Assembly (NCBI GenBank): GCA_050258755.1
Contig: JBLMZI010000012.1
Location: forward strand, 38,768 to 102,767
Direction: 5' to 3'
Origin: Solirubrobacterales bacterium
GTDB taxonomy: Bacteria > Bacillota > Syntrophomonadia > Syntrophomonadales > DTU052
Length of the DNA: 64,000 nucleotides
Below are positions 1-9,024 of this stretch, one piece after another. A program made the translations under genes and the position numbers. Positions within the stretch are counted from its first letter, which is position 1. Every line of letters begins with the position of its first letter. Below the pieces are notes generated by a model. It searched no databases. It was not told the origin of the DNA and saw only the letters and a program-made list of their open reading frames with translations.

Positions 1-1726
1 TCTCCTGAAGATTGATCTGGGGGAGCGCAAATTTTTGCCCCCTTACTTCCACGATCAGTGAAGGAATGATAGCGAGGGTCAAGGGCATGACCAGCCGGAA
101 GGTCGTTCCCCGTCCCGGTGCGGTATACGTTTCTATGGTGCCGCCGAGTTTTTCGATATTGGTTTTAACCACATCCATTCCGACGCCGCGGCCGGACACA
201 TCCGTAATCTGTTCGGCGGTTGAAAAACCGGGCAGGAAAATCAGATTCAGCAGCTCGGATTCCCGCATTTGGGCAACCTCGGCTTCGGTCACAAGCCCCT
301 TTTTTATCGCCGAACGAGCGACCTTTTCAGCGTTAATACCGGCGCCATCGTCCGCGATATCGATATTGACGTGACCCGCCTCATGATAGGCGTTAATCGA
401 AATCCTGCCGATCCGGAATTTGCCGAACGCTTCCCGTTCAGCCGGTTTTTCGATGCCATGATCCAATGCGTTTCGAATCAAATGCGTCATCGGATCAGCC
501 AGGGCCTCGATAATTGACTTGTCCAATTCCACCTCGGTTCCGTCCATCTCCAATTCAATCTCTTTCTCCATCTTGCGGGACAGTTCGCGGACCAGGCGGG
601 GGAATTTGTTAAAAACATTGGCGACTGGCTGCATCCTTGTGTGCATGACTTTGTCCTGCAGCTCTGTGGTGAGGTGATCAATGTTTTGCAGTACCGCATC
701 CAGGCCAGGAATCATCTTCTTTTGAGATTCCAGAATGCGCAGCAACTGATTGCGGCCCAGCACCATCTCACTGGTTAAATCGAGCAGATTGTTCAGCAGC
801 GGGACCGTAACCCGGATTGTTTCCTCGGCCTGAACGACCGCCGATTTCTTGAACGGCTCTTCGCCGGGATGAACGATTGTACGGGTGTCCTGGGACGGGT
901 GCGGTTCAAGCTCGGAATTCAATTCAGCCGGGGGAGTGTCAATAACCCATTCCCCGATCCGGTCTTCGGGCAGGTCCAATGCGATTGAAACCAGGGAGGG
1001 ATCCATCACAGAAGTAAAATAGGTCATGACGGTTTGAGCGCCGGAAGGCCACTCGTCGAGCGGCGGCTGGAGGGCAATGAGATTTCCGATCGAGCCAATA
1101 GTTTGTACCCACACGCCGGGATCAAGCTTCCGGTCGGTAAAATCACTGATCTGGTTCATTTTGATCTTATATGTGTTGTGCCCATGTCTTACCGCATCCT
1201 GGATCAATGACAGCTGGTCTTCAGAAAGGTTTAGGACGTGAGCGAGATCAGAGGGTGGGCCCGGCATGGCTTCGTGGCTCGATGCTGCGGGCGAACCGGT
1301 GACATATTGATTCAAGCGCATGAGATAGGTTTCGATGTCTGATTGATCGCTCTGCGCGACATTTTTAATCATCTCTTTTAGGCAGTCGTTGGACTGCAGA
1401 AGATCGTCAATCATGGGGCTGTTTATGGTCAATTGGTCACTCCGGACCTGACCAAGCAGGTTTTCCATAATATGCGACAGTTCAACGATTTTATTAAGTC
1501 CGAAAAAGCCCGCCGTCCCCTTGATGCTGTGTACCGCCCGGAAGATGCTGTTGACGACCTCGGGATCGTCCGATCCCTTTTCTAGCGCCAGCAGTCCGGT
1601 TTCGCAGGCTTCAACATGCCCCGCGGCTTCCTCAACAAATTCCATGATGAATTCTTCGTTCAACTGCGCTGCCCCCAATCCGGTCTTTGCTAAGATTCGT
1701 GCTGCCCGGTTCGTCCGAACCGACAT
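1..1726 (-). CDS. cheA: Chemotaxis histidine kinase CheA, C-terminally truncated by the window edge
   Basis: Minus-strand frame is open from ATG at 1726 to position 2; it is absent from the ORF track because it is not closed. The translation has an HPt motif (AVHSIKGTAGFFG), the kinase boxes (HLIRNALDHG, DDGAGI, GRGVGMD) and the start of a CheW-like domain. Confidence 0.9.
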   Translation of the reverse strand, partial: MSVRTNRAARILAKTGLGAAQLNEEFIMEFVEEAAGHVEACETGLLALEKGSDDPEVVNSIFRAVHSIKGTAGFFGLNKIVELSHIMENLLGQVRSDQLTINSPMIDDLLQSNDCLKEMIKNVAQSDQSDIETYLMRLNQYVTGSPAASSHEAMPGPPSDLAHVLNLSEDQLSLIQDAVRHGHNTYKIKMNQISDFTDRKLDPGVWVQTIGSIGNLIALQPPLDEWPSGAQTVMTYFTSVMDPSLVSIALDLPEDRIGEWVIDTPPAELNSELEPHPSQDTRTIVHPGEEPFKKSAVVQAEETIRVTVPLLNNLLDLTSEMVLGRNQLLRILESQKKMIPGLDAVLQNIDHLTTELQDKVMHTRMQPVANVFNKFPRLVRELSRKMEKEIELEMDGTEVELDKSIIEALADPMTHLIRNALDHGIEKPAEREAFGKFRIGRISINAYHEAGHVNIDIADDGAGINAEKVARSAIKKGLVTEAEVAQMRESELLNLIFLPGFSTAEQITDVSGRGVGMDVVKTNIEKLGGTIETYTAPGRGTTFRLVMPLTLAIIPSLIVEVRGQKFALPQINLQE

Positions 1727-2007
1727 TTTTTACGCGGTGCTGAATCATGGATAGGCCGCACGGAAAGACGGCCGCCGATGCCAACTGATCCGTAAGCTAA
1801 AAGCATTGGCAAGTAAATGGAAAGGGTTAACAAAAGGGGACAATGTTTATTAATATCATTAATTATATAATAATTCCAACTTTTCCGCACGCCGATAATG
1901 GATGACTGGCAGCGTGGCCGGCAAGAGCAAGGGAACTGAAGAAACGGACGAATTCATTGTGGGATGATGAAATAAGTCGGAAAAATTTAGGGGGTTTTCG
2001 GAATCCA

Positions 2008-2040
2008 AAAATCGGCCTTAAAGCGCCGGTTTTCTTTTTC
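2008..2040 (+). terminator. Orphan intrinsic-terminator-like hairpin with no upstream + strand CDS
   Basis: AAAATCGGC / GCCGGTTTT stem with one T-G wobble that only pairs on the + strand, followed by TTTCTTTTTC. The left arm is also complementary to GCCGAT near 1899. Confidence 0.4.
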
Positions 2041-2388
2041 TGTAACACCGGCCAAATGGATCGGTTTTTACTGTTTGACATTTTTCGCTTCATTACATTA
2101 AGGTGAAAAGGGGAAGTGTGTCGAGGAATGTCGAAAAATCAAAAGAGTCACTCAAAAGGGAAATGCAAGGGGTTTGGCAAACTGTATAATTGTTCGACAA
2201 AAACAGAACGCATTCTGTTTCAGCCGAATGCGAGATATTAATCACGCATCGATTAAGCAAACCACACAATGAGTCCCTGCGGGGCCGCTGCACGAAAAGC
2301 GAACCGACCGGTCCCGCTGTGTTGCTGTGTCCCACGATCACGCGATAAAAGCGGCAACTGAACGCCCGGTGCCGCCAATGAAGGGAAG

Positions 2389-5300
2389 ATGGAGAACGTT
2401 ATGACTTGTCAGGTATGGTTAAAAAGGTTTTTTACTGCTGTTACGCTGGCCGGTTTGATGCTGAGTACGACAGCACAGCCAGCCAGTGCGGCCCTGGTGC
2501 CCGAACTGCCGACAACAGCCCGGACTTATCCCTATGTGGCCTATATGGTCAATCAAAAAATCATGAGCGGGTATCAGGATGGCACGTTCAAACCGGCTGG
2601 TCTGGTTACCAGAGCCGAGATGGCGGTTATTCTGCTTAAAGCAGGGAACCTGAAACCGATCACCCCGAAAAAAGCCTCCTTCTCCGATGTTTCCAAGAAA
2701 CACTGGGCGTACGCATATATTGAAGGCGCTGCCGCCGCCGGTCTGGTGAAGGGAAGCCAGGGCCGATTCCGACCGGATGGAAAAGTGACCCGGGCCGAAC
2801 TTGCGGCGCTCTGTTTTGGACTGTCCCGCGAAGCGGTTCCAGCAGTGGCGCTGCCGCCCGCGGTTTCGGATATTCCTCAAAAACATTGGGCGCGCAATGC
2901 CATTGCCGCGGCCATTGACGCCGAAATGATTCCGACCATTAATCAGAAGTTTCAGCCCAACTGGTTCGCAAGCCGGGCCGATGTTGCCATGGCGCTCGGG
3001 GTTGTAATGACCAAAGCCCCGCAGCTCAGGCAGGCGAGTTTGACTGCGACGCTGCAGCCTTTAAAAGGGAAGACCTACATCCAAGCCAAAGGAAAACCCG
3101 AGGAGCTCGTCAGAACCAATACCGACATTTCGGTGGGCACTTCGATCCGTACCGAAGCGAATGCCGAGGCGGATCTCGTACTGCCGGACGGATCCAGTCT
3201 GTTGTGCAAACCGAACTCCGAAATCGTGCTGAAGAGTACAAAGGGGCAGGCCTATATCAAGGCAGATGGGGCCCAAGGCGCCGCGATTGACGAGATCCGG
3301 GTCGAGGTCAGAAAAGGCCGTATGTTCTTTGTGCTTGCCACCACATACCTGTTTAAGAACTACGATGTCGATCAGACTGGTGAGAAGAAAGCGGCTGCTG
3401 CCGATCCTTCGTCGCAGGCCAGGAGATCCGGTCTGATGAACGGTCCTGCGGCTGATGACGCAAACCGGTCGCTGCTCTTTGCCGGAACGGCTGCGGAATC
3501 GCAGAAAACGGCCTGGTACAAAGAAGCCTCCAGCAAACGGGTCCGCATTAAAGTGGACATGCCCTGGGGGACTGCGGGTGTGCGGGGCTGCATCGGCTCA
3601 GCCAGCGTTGAAGAAGGCAGTCAGAGTCTGAGCTTACTGGAGGGAACCGCGAGTGTAACCTCCACTTCAGGTCAATCCACGACCATGGGAACCGGCCAGG
3701 AGATGCAGCTTTCGTCGTCAAGCGGGCCTCCGGCCGCTCCGACTACGATGCCGAGCAGCGAGCAAGCGGCCTGGTCTGCTGTAGCCAGCTGGGCGATGGG
3801 AGCGGTCGCAACCGTTGCGCAGGTGGCCCCGGCGGAGGCACCGGCCCCGGTGTCGCTGACCCCGGAGCAGGAAAGCGCCATGCAGACATACCAGCAGGCG
3901 ATGGCGCAGGCCCAGACGGCGGCTCAGGCAGCGGCCCAGGCAGCAACCCAAGCGGCTCAGGCCACCAGTCAGGCGGAGCGGGCGGCAGCGGCTCAGACAG
4001 CGGCTCAGGCGGCAGCCCAGGCGCAATCGGCCCTGGCAGCGGCTCAGACAGCGGCTCAGCAGGCGCAGTCGGCCCAGCAAGCGGTTGTAACCGCCCCGCC
4101 GGCGGCACCGTCCGCGCCGGGCCAGGCGGGACCAACAGCACCACCAAGCTTATCTGAAGTATTAAGCGCGGTTGTATCCGCGATCAGCTCGACAACCGGA
4201 GTTACGCCGCCCGCCAGCGTGACGGAGGCGATTCAGGCCGTGGCGCCCTCGGCGTCCACGCCAGCTTCAACGCCGTCCACCGGGACACAACCGGCGTCAA
4301 CGTCCCAGTCCACCCATGGAGGCTTCTGGTCCGGCGGGAGCTCGGGCGGTTCGGGCAGCAGCGACACCACCGCCGCTGCCACCGATAACACCAGTACATC
4401 GTCTTTAGCCGCGCTGGGAACCCCGGTATCCATCGCGAGCGGGCAGACGGTCACGTTTACCAACGGGGTCAGCCTGAATTGCAGCGGCGTTACCCTTTCA
4501 GCGGGCGCGACGATTACCGCGTCTCAAGCGGTCAATCCGACGGCACCTGAAAACTGTACGGTAACCGGCCCGGTGATGAGCTTTACCCTGAATGGCACGA
4601 TCACGAGCGGCACCATTCGGCTGACGATCCCGGTGAATCAAGGTGCGGATGCCTCCAATTCGGCGATTTTCTATGAGGCCGCTTCCGGCCAATGGCAGAT
4701 GCTGAAGACAACGTTGGATGGAAGCAACCTGATCGCGGATGTCAGCCATTTCAGCACCTATGGCGCATGGTTGGCACCGAGGGCCGAGGCTCCAGTTTCC
4801 TTGAATGAGCTTGGCTGGGTCGCCGCAAATGACGTTATATTTCTAACGGAACCGACGGTGGGCGCCACGGTTTACTATTCGAGCGATGGGAGCACGCCAA
4901 CTGTGGCTTTCGGGCTGAAATACGATCCGGCTGTTGGAATAATCATCCCCGCCGAAGGATGCACCGTGAAAGCCATCGCGGTCAAAGAGAACATGCGGGA
5001 CAGTCTGCTGAGCCAGTTCCAATTCCAGATCGGCACCCCGTTGTTTACCGAGTCATTTGAGTCCGGGCTGAACGGCTGGACGGCAACGGAAAATGGACTT
5101 TGGACGGCGGTGTCCAACGACAGCAACATTCATAACAATGCTTATCCGAATTACGTTCAACTTGGTGTCGGCGATACCTCCGAAGGGTGTTTGCCGGATA
5201 CCGCATTTGGCACCAGTTACGCGTGGTTTGGGAAGGCATCTGATATTAGCAACACGTATTGCATTGGAAATTATCTCAATGAACAGTCTCCCAACGATCC

Positions 5301-7128
5301 GGTTTTGGAGGGCGGCCACGGAACGGAAGCGATCAGCGGCTCCCTGACATCCACGTCGGTTAATATTCCGAACACCGCCGGCTCGAACCTGATTCTGCGG
5401 TTTAACAGCTGGTGGGAAATCGAAGGCGTGGCGCCGAGCAGCTTTGATATGATGAAGGTTTTCGCGCTGATAGACGGGCAGGAAATCCTTCTGACCACTT
5501 TAAATCCGCAGGGTGCCAACGGCGGCCAACCCGCGCTGCCGTATACCAGCGGCGGGGGATATAACAAGGCGCCGGAATGGATGTCCTATTCGTGCGATTT
5601 AACGGCATATCAAGGGACCACGCTGCAGCTGGTTTTCCGGTTTGCATCCGAAGATGCCAATTTTAACGGCTTCCGGGGCTGGATCGTCGATAACGTACAG
5701 ATCATAGAGACCAACCCGCCTCCGCCCACTTTCGACGCCATTTCGGTGCAAAGTGTAGGCCAGAATGCCAATGTCGTCCGACTGGCTTTCAGTGCGCCGA
5801 TCTGGTTTACCGATCTGACGGAGGGAACTGAGATTACCGCAACAGTCGCCGGCGAAACCAGAAATATTGCGAATACAGGTGCCAGGGCGAAAGAGGCGGC
5901 AAGCTCAACCCTGGATATCACGCTTGACGGCGCGGCGATGACCAACGGCCAGGAGGTCGTCATCGCGATTTCCAACGCCGGGGCAGGAAAAATCAAGCAG
6001 GGCTCTTCACTGGCTTCATTGAAAGAAGCGCAGTCGTGGTCGGTCACCTATGTGGATACAACCCCGCCGGCATTTAACAGCATTTCGGTGCAAAGTATCG
6101 GCCAGGATGCCAATGTCGTGCGGTTGACCTTCAGTGAACCGGTATGGTTTAACGATTTAACGGAAGGTGTTCTCGGTGCCGAAGGCACTGAAATATGGGC
6201 GACTGTTGCCGGTGGATCGAGAAATGTATCAAACACCGGAACCAGGCTCCAAACCGAGAGTTTGACGAGCCTCGATATAACCCTGGAAGGCCCTCCGATC
6301 GGGGACGCCGATGAAGTAATCGTCGGGATTGCCGGGACCGGTCCCGCAAAAATCAAGGATCTTTCTAGTAACGCGCTGGTGGGCGAACCATCGTGTTCGA
6401 TAATGTATACGGTGGCGGACACTCTCCCGCCGACGGTAAACCCGGCTAAATTTACGGTGGAGAGTGTGGGCAGCCCACTTCTGGATCGGATCATCGGGGC
6501 CAGCGGGGCGGTTGGTGAGGCAGGCGCTCTCGTCAACGCTTACCTTTGGACGGATGCGGGCATGATCGGTACGGTCGAGGATGGCGAACTTGGTCCGGCT
6601 ATCAGTCTGGGTATGAGTCTGGAGGACGGATCGCTGGCTCAAACCGCCCTGGCGAATTTGGATGAGGGTACATACGCTTATGTGATTACTGCGACTGATG
6701 AGTGTGCAAACGAATCGGCAAAAACAGCGGGATTCGCAGTCCTGATCACGATCGGCCCTGATACTACGGCACCAACGGTTAACCCGGCACTGTTCACCCC
6801 GGAGGAAAGCTTGGAAGTCCCGGGGCTGTTCCAGATCAGCGGCGCCGAAGGAGCCGTCAGCGAGGCAGGCGCTGTGGTTAATGCCTATTTGTGGACCGAC
6901 AGCAGTGAAACCGGGACAGTTGACACCGTTGACCCCGATGAAATCGGCCCTGGGATCCCGCTGGGAATCAGTGTTGAAAACGGCGTAGTAGCGCTAACAG
7001 ACCTGGCTACTTTGAGCGAAGGCACCAATAAATACTTGATTACGGCAACCGATGCGGCGGGGAACGAATCAGCCAGGGACGCCGCGGCGACGGTTGAATT
7101 ATTACCGGTCATGCCGAAGGTTTGTTAA
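2389..7128 (+). CDS. Large cell-surface protein with an N-terminal signal peptide, three SLH repeats, a FecR-like region, an Ala/Gln low-complexity linker, an S/T/P linker and tandem Ig-like repeats
   Basis: 1579-aa ORF. Signal peptide ends ...AQPASA. SLH-type repeats include YQDGTFKPAGLVTRAEMAVILLKA and GRFRPDGKVTRAELAAL. The C-terminal half carries repeated ITATDxxxNES Ig-like modules. Confidence 0.85.
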   Translation: MENVMTCQVWLKRFFTAVTLAGLMLSTTAQPASAALVPELPTTARTYPYVAYMVNQKIMSGYQDGTFKPAGLVTRAEMAVILLKAGNLKPITPKKASFSDVSKKHWAYAYIEGAAAAGLVKGSQGRFRPDGKVTRAELAALCFGLSREAVPAVALPPAVSDIPQKHWARNAIAAAIDAEMIPTINQKFQPNWFASRADVAMALGVVMTKAPQLRQASLTATLQPLKGKTYIQAKGKPEELVRTNTDISVGTSIRTEANAEADLVLPDGSSLLCKPNSEIVLKSTKGQAYIKADGAQGAAIDEIRVEVRKGRMFFVLATTYLFKNYDVDQTGEKKAAAADPSSQARRSGLMNGPAADDANRSLLFAGTAAESQKTAWYKEASSKRVRIKVDMPWGTAGVRGCIGSASVEEGSQSLSLLEGTASVTSTSGQSTTMGTGQEMQLSSSSGPPAAPTTMPSSEQAAWSAVASWAMGAVATVAQVAPAEAPAPVSLTPEQESAMQTYQQAMAQAQTAAQAAAQAATQAAQATSQAERAAAAQTAAQAAAQAQSALAAAQTAAQQAQSAQQAVVTAPPAAPSAPGQAGPTAPPSLSEVLSAVVSAISSTTGVTPPASVTEAIQAVAPSASTPASTPSTGTQPASTSQSTHGGFWSGGSSGGSGSSDTTAAATDNTSTSSLAALGTPVSIASGQTVTFTNGVSLNCSGVTLSAGATITASQAVNPTAPENCTVTGPVMSFTLNGTITSGTIRLTIPVNQGADASNSAIFYEAASGQWQMLKTTLDGSNLIADVSHFSTYGAWLAPRAEAPVSLNELGWVAANDVIFLTEPTVGATVYYSSDGSTPTVAFGLKYDPAVGIIIPAEGCTVKAIAVKENMRDSLLSQFQFQIGTPLFTESFESGLNGWTATENGLWTAVSNDSNIHNNAYPNYVQLGVGDTSEGCLPDTAFGTSYAWFGKASDISNTYCIGNYLNEQSPNDPVLEGGHGTEAISGSLTSTSVNIPNTAGSNLILRFNSWWEIEGVAPSSFDMMKVFALIDGQEILLTTLNPQGANGGQPALPYTSGGGYNKAPEWMSYSCDLTAYQGTTLQLVFRFASEDANFNGFRGWIVDNVQIIETNPPPPTFDAISVQSVGQNANVVRLAFSAPIWFTDLTEGTEITATVAGETRNIANTGARAKEAASSTLDITLDGAAMTNGQEVVIAISNAGAGKIKQGSSLASLKEAQSWSVTYVDTTPPAFNSISVQSIGQDANVVRLTFSEPVWFNDLTEGVLGAEGTEIWATVAGGSRNVSNTGTRLQTESLTSLDITLEGPPIGDADEVIVGIAGTGPAKIKDLSSNALVGEPSCSIMYTVADTLPPTVNPAKFTVESVGSPLLDRIIGASGAVGEAGALVNAYLWTDAGMIGTVEDGELGPAISLGMSLEDGSLAQTALANLDEGTYAYVITATDECANESAKTAGFAVLITIGPDTTAPTVNPALFTPEESLEVPGLFQISGAEGAVSEAGAVVNAYLWTDSSETGTVDTVDPDEIGPGIPLGISVENGVVALTDLATLSEGTNKYLITATDAAGNESARDAAATVELLPVMPKVC
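3892..4083 (+). repeat. In-frame low-complexity (A-A-Q/T)n coding repeat inside the SLH protein
   Basis: Reiterated GCGGCTCAGGC-type 9-12-nt units encoding QAQTAAQAAAQAATQAAQA...AAQTAAQQAQSAQQA. Confidence 0.8.
5716..6417 (+). repeat. Tandem duplication of two approx. 340-360-nt units encoding paralogous Ig-like modules
   Basis: PTFDAISVQSVGQNANVVRLAFSAPIWFTDLTEG... versus PAFNSISVQSIGQDANVVRLTFSEPVWFNDLTEG.... Nucleotide similarity is obvious by eye, e.g. catttcggtgcaaagt...gccaatgtcgt in both. Confidence 0.75.
6418..7104 (+). repeat. Second tandem duplication of two approx. 345-nt units
   Basis: DTLPPTVNPAKFT...GAVGEAGALVNAYLWTD...ITATDECANESAK versus DTTAPTVNPALFT...GAVSEAGAVVNAYLWTD...ITATDAAGNESAR. 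Confidence 0.75.
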
Positions 7129-7233
7129 GCCGCCTTCAAGGGGACAGGCTGAATGGACAGAACCAGTTAAATCGCCCATAATGGTTTAAAGGCTTACTTT
7201 TGCCGGAAAAGACTTATCGAAGGAGGAAACGCG

Positions 7234-7638
7234 ATGTCAATCCTTAAGAAAATCGGGGACACCATTGCTTCCACCGCACAGACGGTTGGGGAAAAATCAG
7301 TAGAATTGGTCAGCCAGGGCAAACACAAGGTGGAACAGATGCAGCTCGAAGCCAAGGCCAATGAAAAGCTGCGTGAATTGGGAAGTCTGATTTATCACGC
7401 CGCGCTGCTGGGACAGCCCGCGGAAGACGATGCCGTGAAAACGCTCTGCGACGAAGTGAAGGCGTTAAAAGATCAAGCCGAATCCCTGGAAAAGCTTATA
7501 AAGGAAACCCCGGAAGCGAAGGCGGAGGCCGCTCCTGAAGCTGCGCCGGTGGCAGCCCGGTTCTGTACCAAGTGCGGGGCGCAAATCTTAGATGAGAACA
7601 AATTCTGCGGTGGCTGCGGCAGCAAAGTAGACGCGTAG
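7234..7638 (+). CDS. Small coiled-coil protein with a C-terminal zinc ribbon
   Basis: 134-aa ORF with SD GAAGGAGGA upstream. The C-terminus FCTKCGAQILDENKFCGGCGSKV is a CxxC...CxxC zinc-ribbon. Confidence 0.7.
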   Translation: MSILKKIGDTIASTAQTVGEKSVELVSQGKHKVEQMQLEAKANEKLRELGSLIYHAALLGQPAEDDAVKTLCDEVKALKDQAESLEKLIKETPEAKAEAAPEAAPVAARFCTKCGAQILDENKFCGGCGSKVDA

Positions 7639-7669
7639 CCGCGATCATCCTGGTTATTAACTGTGTACC

Positions 7670-7716
7670 AAAAAGCCCCCGGACTCAGTGCTGAACTGAG
7701 CCGGGGGCTTTCTTCA
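7670..7716. terminator. Bidirectional intrinsic terminator between convergent genes
   Basis: AAGCCCCCGG...CCGGGGGCTT stem with inner CTCAG/CTGAG pairing, flanked by an A-run upstream and TTTCTTC downstream. Confidence 0.7.
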
Positions 7717-7726
7717 CGGCATTTGG

Positions 7727-8851
7727 CTACTCCAGGACTTCTGCCACATGGATGTGCGACTGGCGGGAAAGATCGTACAGCTGGCCTTCTACATCCACCA
7801 CCGGGCGGGTCGGCAGGGACGGATTGATGTACACCACCGATCCGGTGCGGCCGTCCGAAAGCTGGATGGTACTGCCGATGGAAAACTTGGTCATGTGGTT
7901 GTACAGGATTTGAATGACTTTGGGATCCAGCTTGCCAAACCCCTCGCTTCGAAGCGTTTCCGCCGCCATAAATGGACTTTCTTTCGCCGCATAGGCGCGT
8001 TTTGAGGTGATCGCGTCATATACATCGGCGACCGCGATCACGCGGGCCAATTGACTGGTGGCTTCACCGATTAATCGGCCGGGATAGCCAGAGCCGTCCA
8101 TCCGCTCATGATGCTGAAGAACAGCATCCATCAGTTCCGGTTTTTCCGGGTACAGCATACCGACAATGTTCGCCCCGGCCCGGGGATGCTTTTTCATGGT
8201 TTCAAATTCCTCGTCGGTCAGACGGTCAGGTTTCGTAAAAATCGTCTGGTCCAGGGTTGCTTTGCCGATATCGTGCAGTAAGGCGGCGGTAACCAGATCC
8301 TTATTGACCCAGACCGGCAATTTCATCCATCGTCCGATGACACCGCTTACAAACGCGACGTTGATCGGGTGTGCGTTGAAGTAGTCCACATGATCCTTCA
8401 TCTTGCGAATGCGTTGGAGCGGACTGACATTGCCACGCAGCAGGACCACCAGAATGGCCTCCACGGTGCGTTCAATCTGGGCCCGTTCAAGCGGACGCCC
8501 ACCTTTGGTTTTTTCAAAGAAATCCTTCATCCGGACGATGAATTCCGTGTAGGCTTCCTCGAAACTGATTATGGTCCAGTCCGGTTCGAAAACCACATCC
8601 AGGTCAGGACCGGCGGATTTCGGTTTGTCCAGGACAACAGCCGTCATTTGGGACTGTGAACCATGCGAAGATTTCGCGGTTTCTTCCGGCAGGTAAACAA
8701 AATCATGCCCATCAACCCGGGCTTTTACGATTTCATACTCGGAAAGAACAACATCCCGGGCAAAAAGAATCCGGCCGTCAACCGCATAATAGTCTCTGGG
8801 TAGCGGCATGCCCAGAGGAACCAAACGAATATCCGTTTTCCTGAGCCTCAT
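7727..8851 (-). CDS. HD-GYP domain c-di-GMP phosphodiesterase
   Basis: 374 aa with HDIGK and HHERMDGSGYPGRL motifs. SD GGAGG lies 9 nt upstream of the ATG. Confidence 0.9.
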   Translation of the reverse strand: MRLRKTDIRLVPLGMPLPRDYYAVDGRILFARDVVLSEYEIVKARVDGHDFVYLPEETAKSSHGSQSQMTAVVLDKPKSAGPDLDVVFEPDWTIISFEEAYTEFIVRMKDFFEKTKGGRPLERAQIERTVEAILVVLLRGNVSPLQRIRKMKDHVDYFNAHPINVAFVSGVIGRWMKLPVWVNKDLVTAALLHDIGKATLDQTIFTKPDRLTDEEFETMKKHPRAGANIVGMLYPEKPELMDAVLQHHERMDGSGYPGRLIGEATSQLARVIAVADVYDAITSKRAYAAKESPFMAAETLRSEGFGKLDPKVIQILYNHMTKFSIGSTIQLSDGRTGSVVYINPSLPTRPVVDVEGQLYDLSRQSHIHVAEVLE

Positions 8852-9024
8852 TCAATAAACCTCCATACGGGGTTCCCCATACCGGCGATTCAGCCGGTTC
8901 GGTTAACCATATTTTCGCCATGATCCGGAAATGTCCTTTGAGATGGGCCATCACTAATAGTTATGGAAAAGATCGAGACGAACACTTTTACTGAAGGAAG
9001 CGTTGACCATGCCGGGGCATAGGG

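Noticed and set aside
3892-4083. Short periodic DNA repeats that could be mistaken for a CRISPR or VNTR locus
   Set aside because: The units are only 9-12 nt, have no spacers, and are in frame inside a long CDS encoding (AAQ)n.
3718-4463. Several 65-134-aa antisense ORFs inside the SLH gene
   Set aside because: They are products of the stop-poor Ala/Gln/Pro-coding low-complexity DNA. The sense frame has clear SLH and Ig-like homology.
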